From an uncultured Eubacteriales bacterium (GTDB lineage: Bacteria; Bacillota; Clostridia; Oscillospirales; Acutalibacteraceae): DNA of 64,000 bases. The position numbers and the translations under genes are program-made. Under the pieces are notes generated by a model that saw only the letters and a program-made list of their open reading frames with translations, did no database searches and was not told the DNA's origin. Positions 18,586 to 27,363 of the stretch are shown piece by piece (the first letter of the stretch is position 1; every line of letters starts with the position of its first letter). The stretch is from assembly GCA_949292775.1 (NCBI GenBank), contig CASFBL010000017.1, positions 2,387 through 66,386 on the forward strand, read 5' to 3'.

Positions 18586-19426
18586 CGGCAAGGCCGTTTC
18601 TGCAAAGGTAAAGGAAGAGGTGCGCGCCGAGGTTGCCGCACTAAATGAAAAAGGCGTTTCGGTGGGGCTTGCTGTAATTATCGTCGGCAACAACCCCGCG
18701 TCACGCACTTATGTCAACAATAAAAAGAAAGCTTGTGAAGCGGCGGGAATCGTTTCCGAAGAATACGCCCTGCCCGAAGAGACCACGCAGGAAGAGCTGC
18801 TCGCACTTGTGGAAGAACTCAACCGCAAAGATTCTATTAACGGGATTCTCTGCCAGCTGCCGCTGCCGAAGCATTTGGATGAAGAAGCCGTCATAGCCGC
18901 GATATCCGAGAAAAAAGATGTGGACGCGTTCCACGCAGTCAATGTCGGGCACATCATGATCGGCGACTATGCTTTTTTACCCTGCACCCCGGCGGGCATC
19001 ATGGAGATTCTCCGGCACTATAACATTGAAGTGGCCGGTAAGGAGTGCGTGGTCATTGGCCGCAGCAATATCGTAGGCAAGCCTATGGCGATGCTGCTGC
19101 TGCACCAGAACGGCACGGTGACCATTTGCCATTCCAAAACCAAAAACTTAAAAGAAGTGACTTCACGCGCCGATATCTTGGTTGCCGCGGTCGGCATTCC
19201 GCATTTTGTAACAGCGGATATGGTTAAGGACGGCGCGGTGGTTATTGATGTCGGCATGGACCGTGACGAAAACGGCAAGCTTTGCGGCGATGTGGATTTT
19301 GCCGCGGTCGAGCCGAAAGCGTCTTACATTACGCCCGTACCGGGTGGCGTCGGGCCGATGACGATTGCAACGCTTTTGAAAAATACCGTTACGGCGGCAA
19401 AGCTGCAAAACGGACTGGACAAATAA
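18569..19426 (+). CDS. folD: Bifunctional methylenetetrahydrofolate dehydrogenase/cyclohydrolase
   Basis: MAVILDGKAVS..., PLPKHLDE, GRSNIVGKPMAMLL and PGGVGPMTIA. Confidence 0.95.
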   Translation: MAVILDGKAVSAKVKEEVRAEVAALNEKGVSVGLAVIIVGNNPASRTYVNNKKKACEAAGIVSEEYALPEETTQEELLALVEELNRKDSINGILCQLPLPKHLDEEAVIAAISEKKDVDAFHAVNVGHIMIGDYAFLPCTPAGIMEILRHYNIEVAGKECVVIGRSNIVGKPMAMLLLHQNGTVTICHSKTKNLKEVTSRADILVAAVGIPHFVTADMVKDGAVVIDVGMDRDENGKLCGDVDFAAVEPKASYITPVPGGVGPMTIATLLKNTVTAAKLQNGLDK

Positions 19427-19450
19427 CCTGAAAAGCATATAAAAAGCAAA

Positions 19451-19480
19451 ATCCTCCGGCGATGTGCCGGGGGATTTTTT
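19451..19480 (+). terminator. Rho-independent terminator after folD
   Basis: ATCCTCCGGC-GATGT-GCCGGGGGAT followed by TTTTTT. Confidence 0.7.
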
Positions 19481-19548
19481 GACGGCATAAAAGAACAGCC
19501 TGCCTAAAAAGGCAGGCTGTCTTTAAAAGAATAGAGGGGGAAAACAAT

Positions 19549-19659
19549 TATTTCTTTCTGCGGGCAACCAGAGTAATAAATGCGGCGCCTGCAGCAACAG
19601 ACAGTGCAGAGAAGCCGATGGTCGCAGCGCTGCCGGTCGGCGGTGCGCTGCTTGGCACC
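19549..19659 (-). pseudogene. Remnant of a sortase-type C-terminal sorting signal
   Basis: The minus strand reads (stop)GGVPSSAPPTGSAATIGFSALSVAAGAAFITLVARRKK(stop). This is a PxTG-like motif, a hydrophobic span and a basic tail, but it is only 37 codons with an upstream in-frame stop. Confidence 0.35.
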
Positions 19660-19890
19660 CCGCCTTATGTCGGCCCGGGCGCACAGACGGTGGAATGTAC
19701 GCCGCTGCTTTTAAACGAAAGCTTGTTTTTCGGTGCTTCCGACGGGTTTTTCTATCGCGTTGCTGCCGACGGCAGCATTTTGGGAAAAGTGCAGCTCGGC
19801 GTGCCGGTGCTCAGCAGTGCGGCTTCTGACGGAAAACGGATATTTGTCACCGATTTTTCGGGCAGGGTCATGGCGCTTTCCGGCGTTTGA
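19618..19890 (+). pseudogene. C-terminal fragment of a PQQ-like beta-propeller protein
   Basis: The repeat-like sequence is GASDGFFYRVAADGSILGKVQLG...DGKRIFVTDFSGRVMAL. It has no RBS, no N-terminal part and no signal peptide. Confidence 0.4.
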
Positions 19891-19910
19891 ACATCTTATT
19901 TTAAAGAAAA

Positions 19911-19942
19911 AGCCCCGGTTGCTTAAAACGCCGGGGCTTTTT
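19911..19942 (+). terminator. Rho-independent terminator
   Basis: AGCCCCGG-12 nt-CCGGGGCT followed by TTTTT. Confidence 0.6.
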
Positions 19943-20040
19943 GCTGCTGAAACCCGGCAAAAGGGCGGGGCCTAAGCATTTTGTAATAATTTGTATACAA
20001 TTTTATTTTACAAATTCATAAACTTTTAACGATTTATCAG

Positions 20041-20069
20041 TTGAGAAATTCCCCGTTTCGGGGTATAAT
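20041..20069 (+). promoter_or_regulatory. Candidate sigma-A promoter of the mre operon
   Basis: TTGAGA, 17 nt spacer, TATAAT, about 55 nt upstream of the mreB start. Confidence 0.55.
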
Positions 20070-20122
20070 ATCCCCATAATTGGATTTTTATGCTTAATTG
20101 CGTTGGAGAAAGGAAGAAGAAT

Positions 20123-21142
20123 ATGTTGTTTTCACAGGATATCGGGATTGATCTCGGTACGGCAAATACGCTGGTGTTTCTGAAAGGAAAAGGCATTGTT
20201 ATCCGCGAGCCCTCCGTGGTGGCGGTCGATGTCAGCGCTTATCCGCAGAAGGTGGTTGCGGTCGGCAACAAAGCCAAGCAGATGATCGGCAGAACACCCG
20301 GCTCTATCACCGCAGTTCGTCCCCTGAAAGACGGCGTTATCGCGGACTTTGAAATCACTTCGGATATGCTCAAGGAATTTATCCGCATGGCTATTAACAA
20401 ATCGCCGTTTTCCAAAGCGCGCGTGCTTATCTGCATTCCCTCGGGCGTTACTGAGGTTGAGCGCAAAGCCGTGCATGATGCGGCGCGCAGTGCAGGTGCG
20501 AAATATGTAAGCTTAATTGAAGAACCCATGGCGGCGGCAATCGGCGCGGGGCTTCCGGTTTCGGAAGCGGTCGGCTCCATGGTCGTTGACATCGGCGGCG
20601 GTACCAGCGAAGTCGCGGTCATCTCGTTCGGCGACATCGTTACGGCGCAATCGGCGCGTGTGGCGGGCGATAACTTTGACGAGGCAATTATTGCCTATAT
20701 CCGCAAAAAGCATAATCTCCTGATCGGCGAGCGCACCGCCGAAGATATTAAAATCAAAATCGGTTCCGCTTACCCCTATGACGGCGAGGGCGCAATCGAT
20801 GTAAAAGGCCGTAATCTGCTTGACGGTCTGCCGAAGAACATTGAAATCACCTCTGAAGAAGTGCGCGAAGCGCTTGCTGACCCGGTCAACCAGATTTTGG
20901 ACGCGATTCGCTCCACGCTTGAGAAAACGCCCCCCGAACTTTCGGCGGACATCATTGACCGCGGCATTATGCTGACCGGCGGCGGCGCGCTGCTGCGCGG
21001 GCTTGACAAGCTCATCTCCATTGAGACCAAAATCCCGGTGCATGTGGCGGACAATCCGCTGGACTGCGTCGTGGACGGCACCGGCAAATGCCTCGAAAAC
21101 GACGAAGTTCTCGGCATCACCGGCAAAAAGCACTACGACTGA
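20123..21142 (+). CDS. mreB: Rod-shape-determining actin homolog MreB
   Basis: [18 protein letters not shown]..., [11 protein letters not shown] and [12 protein letters not shown]. The start follows GGAGAAAGGAAG. Confidence 0.95.
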   Translation: MLFSQDIGIDLGTANTLVFLKGKGIVIREPSVVAVDVSAYPQKVVAVGNKAKQMIGRTPGSITAVRPLKDGVIADFEITSDMLKEFIRMAINKSPFSKARVLICIPSGVTEVERKAVHDAARSAGAKYVSLIEEPMAAAIGAGLPVSEAVGSMVVDIGGGTSEVAVISFGDIVTAQSARVAGDNFDEAIIAYIRKKHNLLIGERTAEDIKIKIGSAYPYDGEGAIDVKGRNLLDGLPKNIEITSEEVREALADPVNQILDAIRSTLEKTPPELSADIIDRGIMLTGGGALLRGLDKLISIETKIPVHVADNPLDCVVDGTGKCLENDEVLGITGKKHYD

Positions 21143-21197
21143 TTCAATTTCTATTTAAACTTTTGATACACAAACACAGCAGAGGGACAGATTTGCA

Positions 21198-22043
21198 ATG
21201 CGTAATTTTTTGAGAAGCACAAGCTTTAAAATTCTGCTCACCGTGGCAGTCGTGCTGTTGGCGGGCGTCATTGCTGCTGCAGCACTTGCAGGCGGTACTT
21301 CTCCGCTGACCTCTGCCGTGGGTACTGTGTTTTCCCCGCTGTCGGATGCGGCTGCCTACATATCGGAAAAATTCGACAATTTTAAAGGCGGGTTTATTTC
21401 TTCACGCTCTTACATGAAGCGTGTCGAGGAACTTGAAGAACAAGTTGCCGATTATCAAAGCAAGCTTGTGGACTATGAAAAGCTCCAAAAGCAGGTCGAG
21501 GCTTATGAAAAATTCCTCGGCGTAAAAGAGAAAAACCCTGACTTCCAGTTTGTTGCCGGGACAGTCATCGGGCGTGACGCCGCCGATGTGTTCGGCTCGT
21601 TCGTGCTCAACTGCGGCAGCTCTGACGGGGTTGCGGTCGGTGACCCGGTGATAAGCGGCGAATATTTGATTGGCATTGTCAGCGAAACCGGACCCACCTC
21701 CTGCACGGTGCTGTCTGTCTGCGACCCGAAGTTCAGCGCCGCGGCGTATGAAATCCGCACCGGCGAAGCGGGCTACACACAAACCACGACCAAGCTTGGT
21801 GTGCAAGGTGTTTTAAAGTTGTCGGGGCTCGAACGCGACACGGCTGTGGCCGAGGGCGGCATCGTCTGCACTTCCGGCGTAGGCGGCGTGTTCCCCAGAG
21901 GGCTTATCATCGGCACGGTTACGACCGTTCAAAAAGAAGAGGGCGACATTTCTTATTATGCAGAAGTGAAGCCCGAAATCGAGATTTCCGAGGTGCAGGA
22001 CGCTTTCGTCATCACCGATTTTGAGGGTAAGGGCGATGCGTAA
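21198..22043 (+). CDS. mreC: Rod-shape-determining protein MreC
   Basis: N-terminal TM, a coiled-coil stretch and a C-terminal GVFPRGLIIGTV motif. Its position after mreB supports the call. Confidence 0.85.
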   Translation: MRNFLRSTSFKILLTVAVVLLAGVIAAAALAGGTSPLTSAVGTVFSPLSDAAAYISEKFDNFKGGFISSRSYMKRVEELEEQVADYQSKLVDYEKLQKQVEAYEKFLGVKEKNPDFQFVAGTVIGRDAADVFGSFVLNCGSSDGVAVGDPVISGEYLIGIVSETGPTSCTVLSVCDPKFSAAAYEIRTGEAGYTQTTTKLGVQGVLKLSGLERDTAVAEGGIVCTSGVGGVFPRGLIIGTVTTVQKEEGDISYYAEVKPEIEISEVQDAFVITDFEGKGDA

Positions 22044-22554
22044 AAGAACCGGAATTTTATGGCTGCGGCGCGGCATATTTGCACTGCTTTTGCTTGCGGC
22101 GCACATGTTACAGAATACGCCCGGTTATTTTCCCGAAATTTTCGGCGTTCGGGCGTATTTTTTAATTTCCCTGACGGTCTGTATCGCGCTGTTTGAGCGT
22201 GAAGTCGTCGGTGCGCTGTTCGGGCTGTTTGCCGGCGCGCTTTGGGATTGGGTCTCGCCCATGGGCGATGGCTTTAACGCTTTGTTTTTGATGCTCGTGG
22301 GCGCCGCCTGCGGCATTCTCATTAACACGCTGATGCGCAACAACCTGTTTACGGCGCTTTTGCTTGCCGGCTGTGCGCATTTTCTGTATGTTTGCTTATA
22401 TACCGTATTCTTCGTAGTCGCCGAAGGGGTGGGCTCTTCCGGCTGGCTGTTCTTACGGTATTATTTGCCCAGTGTTTTATATTCCGTTGTATTTTTGCCG
22501 GTATTCTATCTTGTTGTGCGTGCGGTCATGAACCGGACGCGTCTGCGCACATAG
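22036..22554 (+). CDS. mreD: Rod-shape-determining protein MreD
   Basis: Small polytopic protein directly after mreC. The ATG at 22036 overlaps the mreC stop. Confidence 0.7.
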   Translation: MRKRTGILWLRRGIFALLLLAAHMLQNTPGYFPEIFGVRAYFLISLTVCIALFEREVVGALFGLFAGALWDWVSPMGDGFNALFLMLVGAACGILINTLMRNNLFTALLLAGCAHFLYVCLYTVFFVVAEGVGSSGWLFLRYYLPSVLYSVVFLPVFYLVVRAVMNRTRLRT

Positions 22555-22582
22555 ATAGGGTCTCGGAGAAAGGAGCCGGCGC

Positions 22583-24679
22583 ATGAAGAAGAAAAGTCTG
22601 AAAATTCGCACAACCGCATTTTTGGTTGCAATTGCGGTGTTCTTTTCTGTATTTTTTGTGGATTTGTTCCGCATTCAGGTGGTCAACGCGGGGGACTACA
22701 CAACGCAAAAAGTCACCATGTCCTCTTCGGAAACCACGATAGAAGCCGCGCGCGGCGAGATTCTCGACTGCAACGGCGTGCCGCTGGTTACCAACGAACA
22801 GGGCAACTCCATTGTGCTCAACGCTTCTTATTTCCCCTCAACACGCGAACAGGCAAAGCGCAATGAAATTTTATATAATCTGATTACCTTAACAGAGCAA
22901 AGCGGCGTGGCGTGGAACGACGACCTGCCGCTGGTGTTTGACGCAAACGGCAACATTCAGTTTAAAGCCGATGCCGAGTCAGACATTGAATTTTTAAAAT
23001 CGCGCGATGTGCTCCATTTGAATTCCTACGCAACCGCGCAAAACTGCTTTGATGAGCTTATCAAAAAATTTGAACTCGAAAATTATTCACCCGCCGATGC
23101 GCGCAAAATCGCTTCAGTTTGTTACAGCCTGAAGAAAATCCAGTTTTCGGCGGCGAATCCCTATACCTTCGCAGACGATGTGCCTGACGCGCTCGCGGCC
23201 AATATTAAAGAAAACAGCGCCAAATTCCAAGGCGTGGATATTGAGGTCGTAAGCAAAAGAAGCTATACCGACGGCACAATCGCGCCGCACATCATCGGCG
23301 TGGTCGGCGCGCTCAACGAGTCGGAATATAAAGAAAAGAAAGAAGCTTATGAAACCGCCGCGGCAGACGAAACCCTTTCTGCGGAAGACCGCCAGCTTTT
23401 GTCTTTGCGCGCATACGCGATGGATGGCATCATCGGTAAATTCGGCATTGAAAGCGCAATGGAAGATTATCTGCGCGGGACAAACGGCATTATGACGACC
23501 ACGACCGACTCCGAGGGCAACAAAACCTCGGAAATCACCGTCGCGCCCGAAGAGGGCAACTCTGTCATCCTGACCATTGAATCCGGCTTCCAGAAGCAGG
23601 TGCAGAACGCGCTGGCCGCCTTTATTGAAGATTACCGCGATAAGGAATCCATTCCGGCGGTCGGGTCTGCGGTTGTAATCGATGTCAATTCCGGCGCTGT
23701 ACTCGCCTGCGCGACCTATCCGAGCTACGACCTTGCGACCTATTATGATGATTACAGCATTCTGGCTTCGGACACAAGCTCGCCTTTGTGGAACCGCGCG
23801 CTGATGAGTACCTATGCACCCGGTTCGACGATGAAGCCCGCCATTGCACTCGCGGGTCTCGAAGAGGGCGTTATCACCAAGACTTCCACTTTTAAATGCA
23901 CGCGCATTTACACGCAGTTCCCGGACACACCGTTCAAATGCACCGGTTATCACGGGAATATTGATGTGCGCGAAGCGCTGAATAAATCGTGCAACATCTT
24001 TTTCTATGAAACCGGCCGGCTGTTGGGCATCGAAAAAATGAACGACTATTGCTCGCGTTTCGGCCTCGGGCAGAAAACCGGCGTTGAGATTAACGAATCC
24101 GCAGGCGTGCTCGCCAGCATCTCTTACCGTGAAGCGCACGGCGGCGTTTGGTACCCCGGCGACACGGTACAGGCGGCAATCGGTCAGTCTGACAACCTGT
24201 TCACGCCGATTCAGCTTGCAAACTACACGGCGACCATTGCCAACGGCGGCACACGCTACCAGGCGCATTTCGTGAAAAGCATAAAATCGAGCGATTATTC
24301 CGAAACTATATTGGAAAACACCGGCACCGTGTTAAATGAGATCGGCGCTTCCGAAGAAAATATACAGACCGTCAAAGAAGGTATGCTGCGAATGGGTACG
24401 CGCCTTTCCGCATTCAAGGGTCTGCCGTTCCAGGTGGCGTGTAAGAGCGGTACCGCGGAATCCAAAGCGAAGGTAGAAGGCAAAATCGTCGAAGGCCTTA
24501 ACGGTTTTATGATTTCGTTTGCGCCTTATGACGATCCGGAAATCGCGGTTGCCGTGGCAATCGAGAATCTTTCCAGCGGTTCCGCGACAGCCGTGCTGGT
24601 TGCCGAAATTTACAAAGCGTATTTCCAGTCCGGCAGCGAAGTGCAAGCCGAACAGAGCTATAACACCGTTTTGCAGTAA
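22583..24679 (+). CDS. mrdA: Penicillin-binding protein 2 (class B transpeptidase)
   Basis: N-terminal TM, plus STMKP (SxxK), KSCN (SxN) and KSGTAE (KSG) motifs. Confidence 0.9.
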   Translation: MKKKSLKIRTTAFLVAIAVFFSVFFVDLFRIQVVNAGDYTTQKVTMSSSETTIEAARGEILDCNGVPLVTNEQGNSIVLNASYFPSTREQAKRNEILYNLITLTEQSGVAWNDDLPLVFDANGNIQFKADAESDIEFLKSRDVLHLNSYATAQNCFDELIKKFELENYSPADARKIASVCYSLKKIQFSAANPYTFADDVPDALAANIKENSAKFQGVDIEVVSKRSYTDGTIAPHIIGVVGALNESEYKEKKEAYETAAADETLSAEDRQLLSLRAYAMDGIIGKFGIESAMEDYLRGTNGIMTTTTDSEGNKTSEITVAPEEGNSVILTIESGFQKQVQNALAAFIEDYRDKESIPAVGSAVVIDVNSGAVLACATYPSYDLATYYDDYSILASDTSSPLWNRALMSTYAPGSTMKPAIALAGLEEGVITKTSTFKCTRIYTQFPDTPFKCTGYHGNIDVREALNKSCNIFFYETGRLLGIEKMNDYCSRFGLGQKTGVEINESAGVLASISYREAHGGVWYPGDTVQAAIGQSDNLFTPIQLANYTATIANGGTRYQAHFVKSIKSSDYSETILENTGTVLNEIGASEENIQTVKEGMLRMGTRLSAFKGLPFQVACKSGTAESKAKVEGKIVEGLNGFMISFAPYDDPEIAVAVAIENLSSGSATAVLVAEIYKAYFQSGSEVQAEQSYNTVLQ

Positions 24680-24689
24680 GGAGGGCGTT

Positions 24690-25439
24690 TTGTTGGCGAA
24701 GCAATATTTGATTTGTTCCGGCAAAGGCGGCGTGGGAAAATCCACCCTGTCCGTCTGCCTTGCGCGCGCCCTTTGCCGCCGCGGCAAGCGGGTGCTTTTG
24801 GTAGACTGTGACAAGGGCTTTCGAACGCTGGACCTTTTAACAGGGCTTGGCGGCGAAGCGGTGTATGACTGGCAAGATGTGCTGCTTGCGCGCTGCGCGC
24901 CGCAGGACGCTGTCTTAAAAACGCCGGACGGCATGCTCGGCCTTTTGGTGCCGCCAGCGAACCCGGATGCCGAACCCGACGCGGAAGATTTTTTCGCGAT
25001 GCTGTCCTCTCTCGTGCCGGAATACGATTTTTGCTTTTTAGATGCGCCCGCAGGAGCGAGTGAATGGGTGCGTACTCTTGCGCGCGGCGTGGAAAACGCC
25101 CTGCTTGTGGCAACGCCGGACGCGGTCAGTGTGCGCGCGGCTGCCAACACCGCCCAAAGCATCTGCGACGGGGTTTCTGTTCCCGAAATGCGGCTGCTTA
25201 TCAATCGGTTTGACGCAGACGCTGTGCGCAGCGGCGAGTGTTACAGTGCGGACAGAGTCATTACGGAAACCTGTGTGCGCCTGCTTGGTGCGGTGCCGGA
25301 AGATGTGCATCTTTCGAAACTTGCGGCGGGAAAAAAGCCTGCGCGCCAAACAGAAGCGGCGCTCGACCGCATTGCCGGCAGGCTTTTGGGCGAGGAAATC
25401 CCGTTCCGTGAAAAAAAGATAAAATCCACATTGTTTTGA
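24690..25439 (+). CDS. MinD/ParA-family P-loop ATPase
   Basis: CSGKGGVGKSTL is a deviant Walker A. The TTG start at 24690 (or 24693) follows AAGGAGGG. The upstream part of the tracked ORF overlaps PBP2 and is unlikely to be coding. Confidence 0.75.
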   Translation: MLAKQYLICSGKGGVGKSTLSVCLARALCRRGKRVLLVDCDKGFRTLDLLTGLGGEAVYDWQDVLLARCAPQDAVLKTPDGMLGLLVPPANPDAEPDAEDFFAMLSSLVPEYDFCFLDAPAGASEWVRTLARGVENALLVATPDAVSVRAAANTAQSICDGVSVPEMRLLINRFDADAVRSGECYSADRVITETCVRLLGAVPEDVHLSKLAAGKKPARQTEAALDRIAGRLLGEEIPFREKKIKSTLF

Positions 25440-25447
25440 AAAAATTG

Positions 25448-25476
25448 TTGAAATCTTGCAAAAGATTTGATATGAT
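25448..25476 (+). promoter_or_regulatory. Candidate sigma-A promoter of mgsA
   Basis: TTGAAA, 17 nt spacer, TATGAT. Confidence 0.5.
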
Positions 25477-25529
25477 AGCAGTTGGATTGGTGTTTTCAAA
25501 CAGAAATTTAGCGAAAGTGAGGAGAATCT

Positions 25530-25931
25530 ATGAACATTGCTCTTATGGCGCACGACTCAAAAAAAGAGCTGCTGACGCAGTTTTGTATTGCTTATTGCGG
25601 CATTCTTTCCCGCCACAACCTCTGTGCTACCGGAACAACCGGCAAACTCATCGCTGAGGCGACAGGCTTGAATATCGTACGCTTTCTGAGTGGTTCCCAG
25701 GGCGGCGACCAGCAAATCGGTGCACGCATTGCCTGCAATGAGATCGACCTGTTGCTGATTTTCCGCGACCCGCTGAATCCGAAGCCTCACGAGCCCAAAG
25801 AAAACAATTTGCTGCGGCTGTGCGATGTGCACAACATTCCGGTGGCGACCAACATTGCGACCGCCGAAGCGATCATTCATTCTCTGGAGCGCGGCGATTT
25901 GGATTGGCGCGACATTGTGAACCCGAAATAA
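25530..25931 (+). CDS. mgsA: Methylglyoxal synthase
   Basis: [29 protein letters not shown] and [23 protein letters not shown]. Confidence 0.9.
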   Translation: MNIALMAHDSKKELLTQFCIAYCGILSRHNLCATGTTGKLIAEATGLNIVRFLSGSQGGDQQIGARIACNEIDLLLIFRDPLNPKPHEPKENNLLRLCDVHNIPVATNIATAEAIIHSLERGDLDWRDIVNPK

Positions 25932-26012
25932 ACAAAGGTTTTCGCCCCCTTCTTTTCCGGGAGGGGGCAAAGTTTATCTTATCGACATTTTTCCAAAATA
26001 AGGACGGATACT

Positions 26013-27362
26013 ATGGCATTGATCACCAACGCAATCAAAGGCACGCTGGACTTATTGCCGGCCGAAAGCTACAAAACGCAATATGTGGAAGCAGCGGTGC
26101 GTGAGATTGCAGAAAATTTTGGCTTTTACGAAATGCGCACGCCCGTTTTTGAGCACACCGAGCTGTTCCAGCGCTCGGTCGGCGAGACGACGGATGTTGT
26201 GCAAAAGGAAATGTATACTTTTTCAGATAAGGGCGGCCGTTCGATTACGCTTCGCCCCGAGGGCACGGCGGGCGCAGCGCGCGCGTTTCTCGAAAACGGG
26301 CTTTTCAACGCCCCCCTGCCGCAAAAAATCTATTACCTGACCTCCTGCTATCGCTATGAAAAGCCGCAGGCAGGTCGGCTTCGTGAATTCCACCAGTTCG
26401 GCGTGGAAGCTTTCGGCGCGGACGCACCTGCGCAGGATGCAGAAATCATTGCGCTGGCACACGCGGTTTTCCAATATCTCGGCGTAAAAAATCTTACGCT
26501 TGAAATCAACTCTATCGGCTGCCCAGCATGCAGACAGGAATTTCAAAAAGCCCTGAAAGCCTATTTTGAAAGCTATAAGGGCGAGCTTTGCGAAACCTGC
26601 CTTTCGCGCCTTGACCGCAATCCGATGCGCATTTTGGACTGCAAAAGCCCGGTCTGCTCTCAAATCGGCAAAGGTGCGCCGAAAATTCTCGACTACCTCT
26701 GCGATGACTGCCGCGCCCACTTCGAGGCGGTGCAGGGCTATCTGGACGCGATGAGCATTGCCTACACCGTGAACCCGGAAATTGTCCGCGGGCTTGATTA
26801 TTACACCCGCACTGTGTTTGAATTTGTTTCTAATGAGATTGGCGCCCAGGGCACCGTCTGCGGCGGCGGACGCTATGACGGGCTTTTGGAAGAGCTCGGC
26901 GGCAAACCGATGCCGGCGTGTGGCTTCGCCATGGGCATTGAGCGTCTGCTGCTCCTTATGGAAGCGCAGAAAACGCCGTTTCCGGAAGCAAAGCGCTGTG
27001 ACATTTATCTTGCTTCCATGGGTGATACCGCCAACCGCGAAGCCGCGCGTCTTGCGCAGGAACTGCGGGAAGAGGGCATCGCGGCGCAGTTTGACACCTT
27101 CGGGCGTTCTTTAAAGGCGCAAATGAAATATGCAGACAAGCTTGGCGCGGCGTATACCGTCGTTTTGGGCGACAGCGAACTTGAAAGCGGCAAGGCGCAG
27201 CTGAAAAACATGGGCGACGGCACGCTTTCGGATATTGCGCTTGATGATTTCACCGGGGCGTTTCAGTCTATGGTCATTCGTGACGCACTTGCGGGTGTAG
27301 AGGGCGCAGACGCTGATTTGAGCGAAACCGATCTTTCACAACTTCTTGGAGGCTTGAAATAA
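26013..27362 (+). CDS. hisS: Histidyl-tRNA synthetase
   Basis: Class II motifs: LRPEGTAG, YRYEKPQAGRLREFHQ and GGGRYDGL. The C-terminal anticodon-binding domain is present. Confidence 0.95.
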   Translation: MALITNAIKGTLDLLPAESYKTQYVEAAVREIAENFGFYEMRTPVFEHTELFQRSVGETTDVVQKEMYTFSDKGGRSITLRPEGTAGAARAFLENGLFNAPLPQKIYYLTSCYRYEKPQAGRLREFHQFGVEAFGADAPAQDAEIIALAHAVFQYLGVKNLTLEINSIGCPACRQEFQKALKAYFESYKGELCETCLSRLDRNPMRILDCKSPVCSQIGKGAPKILDYLCDDCRAHFEAVQGYLDAMSIAYTVNPEIVRGLDYYTRTVFEFVSNEIGAQGTVCGGGRYDGLLEELGGKPMPACGFAMGIERLLLLMEAQKTPFPEAKRCDIYLASMGDTANREAARLAQELREEGIAAQFDTFGRSLKAQMKYADKLGAAYTVVLGDSELESGKAQLKNMGDGTLSDIALDDFTGAFQSMVIRDALAGVEGADADLSETDLSQLLGGLK

Positions 27363-27363
27363 T

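Noticed and set aside
25944-25980. Hairpin GCCCCCT-N11-AGGGGGC after mgsA, considered as a terminator.
   Set aside because: The stem is short and the U-tract is weak and interrupted. It was left uncalled because hisS may be co-transcribed.
25932-26012. T-box leaders upstream of hisS-aspS, and of metG at 45932-46031.
   Set aside because: The spacers are only about 80-100 nt, too short for a T-box. No specifier loop or T-box sequence was seen.
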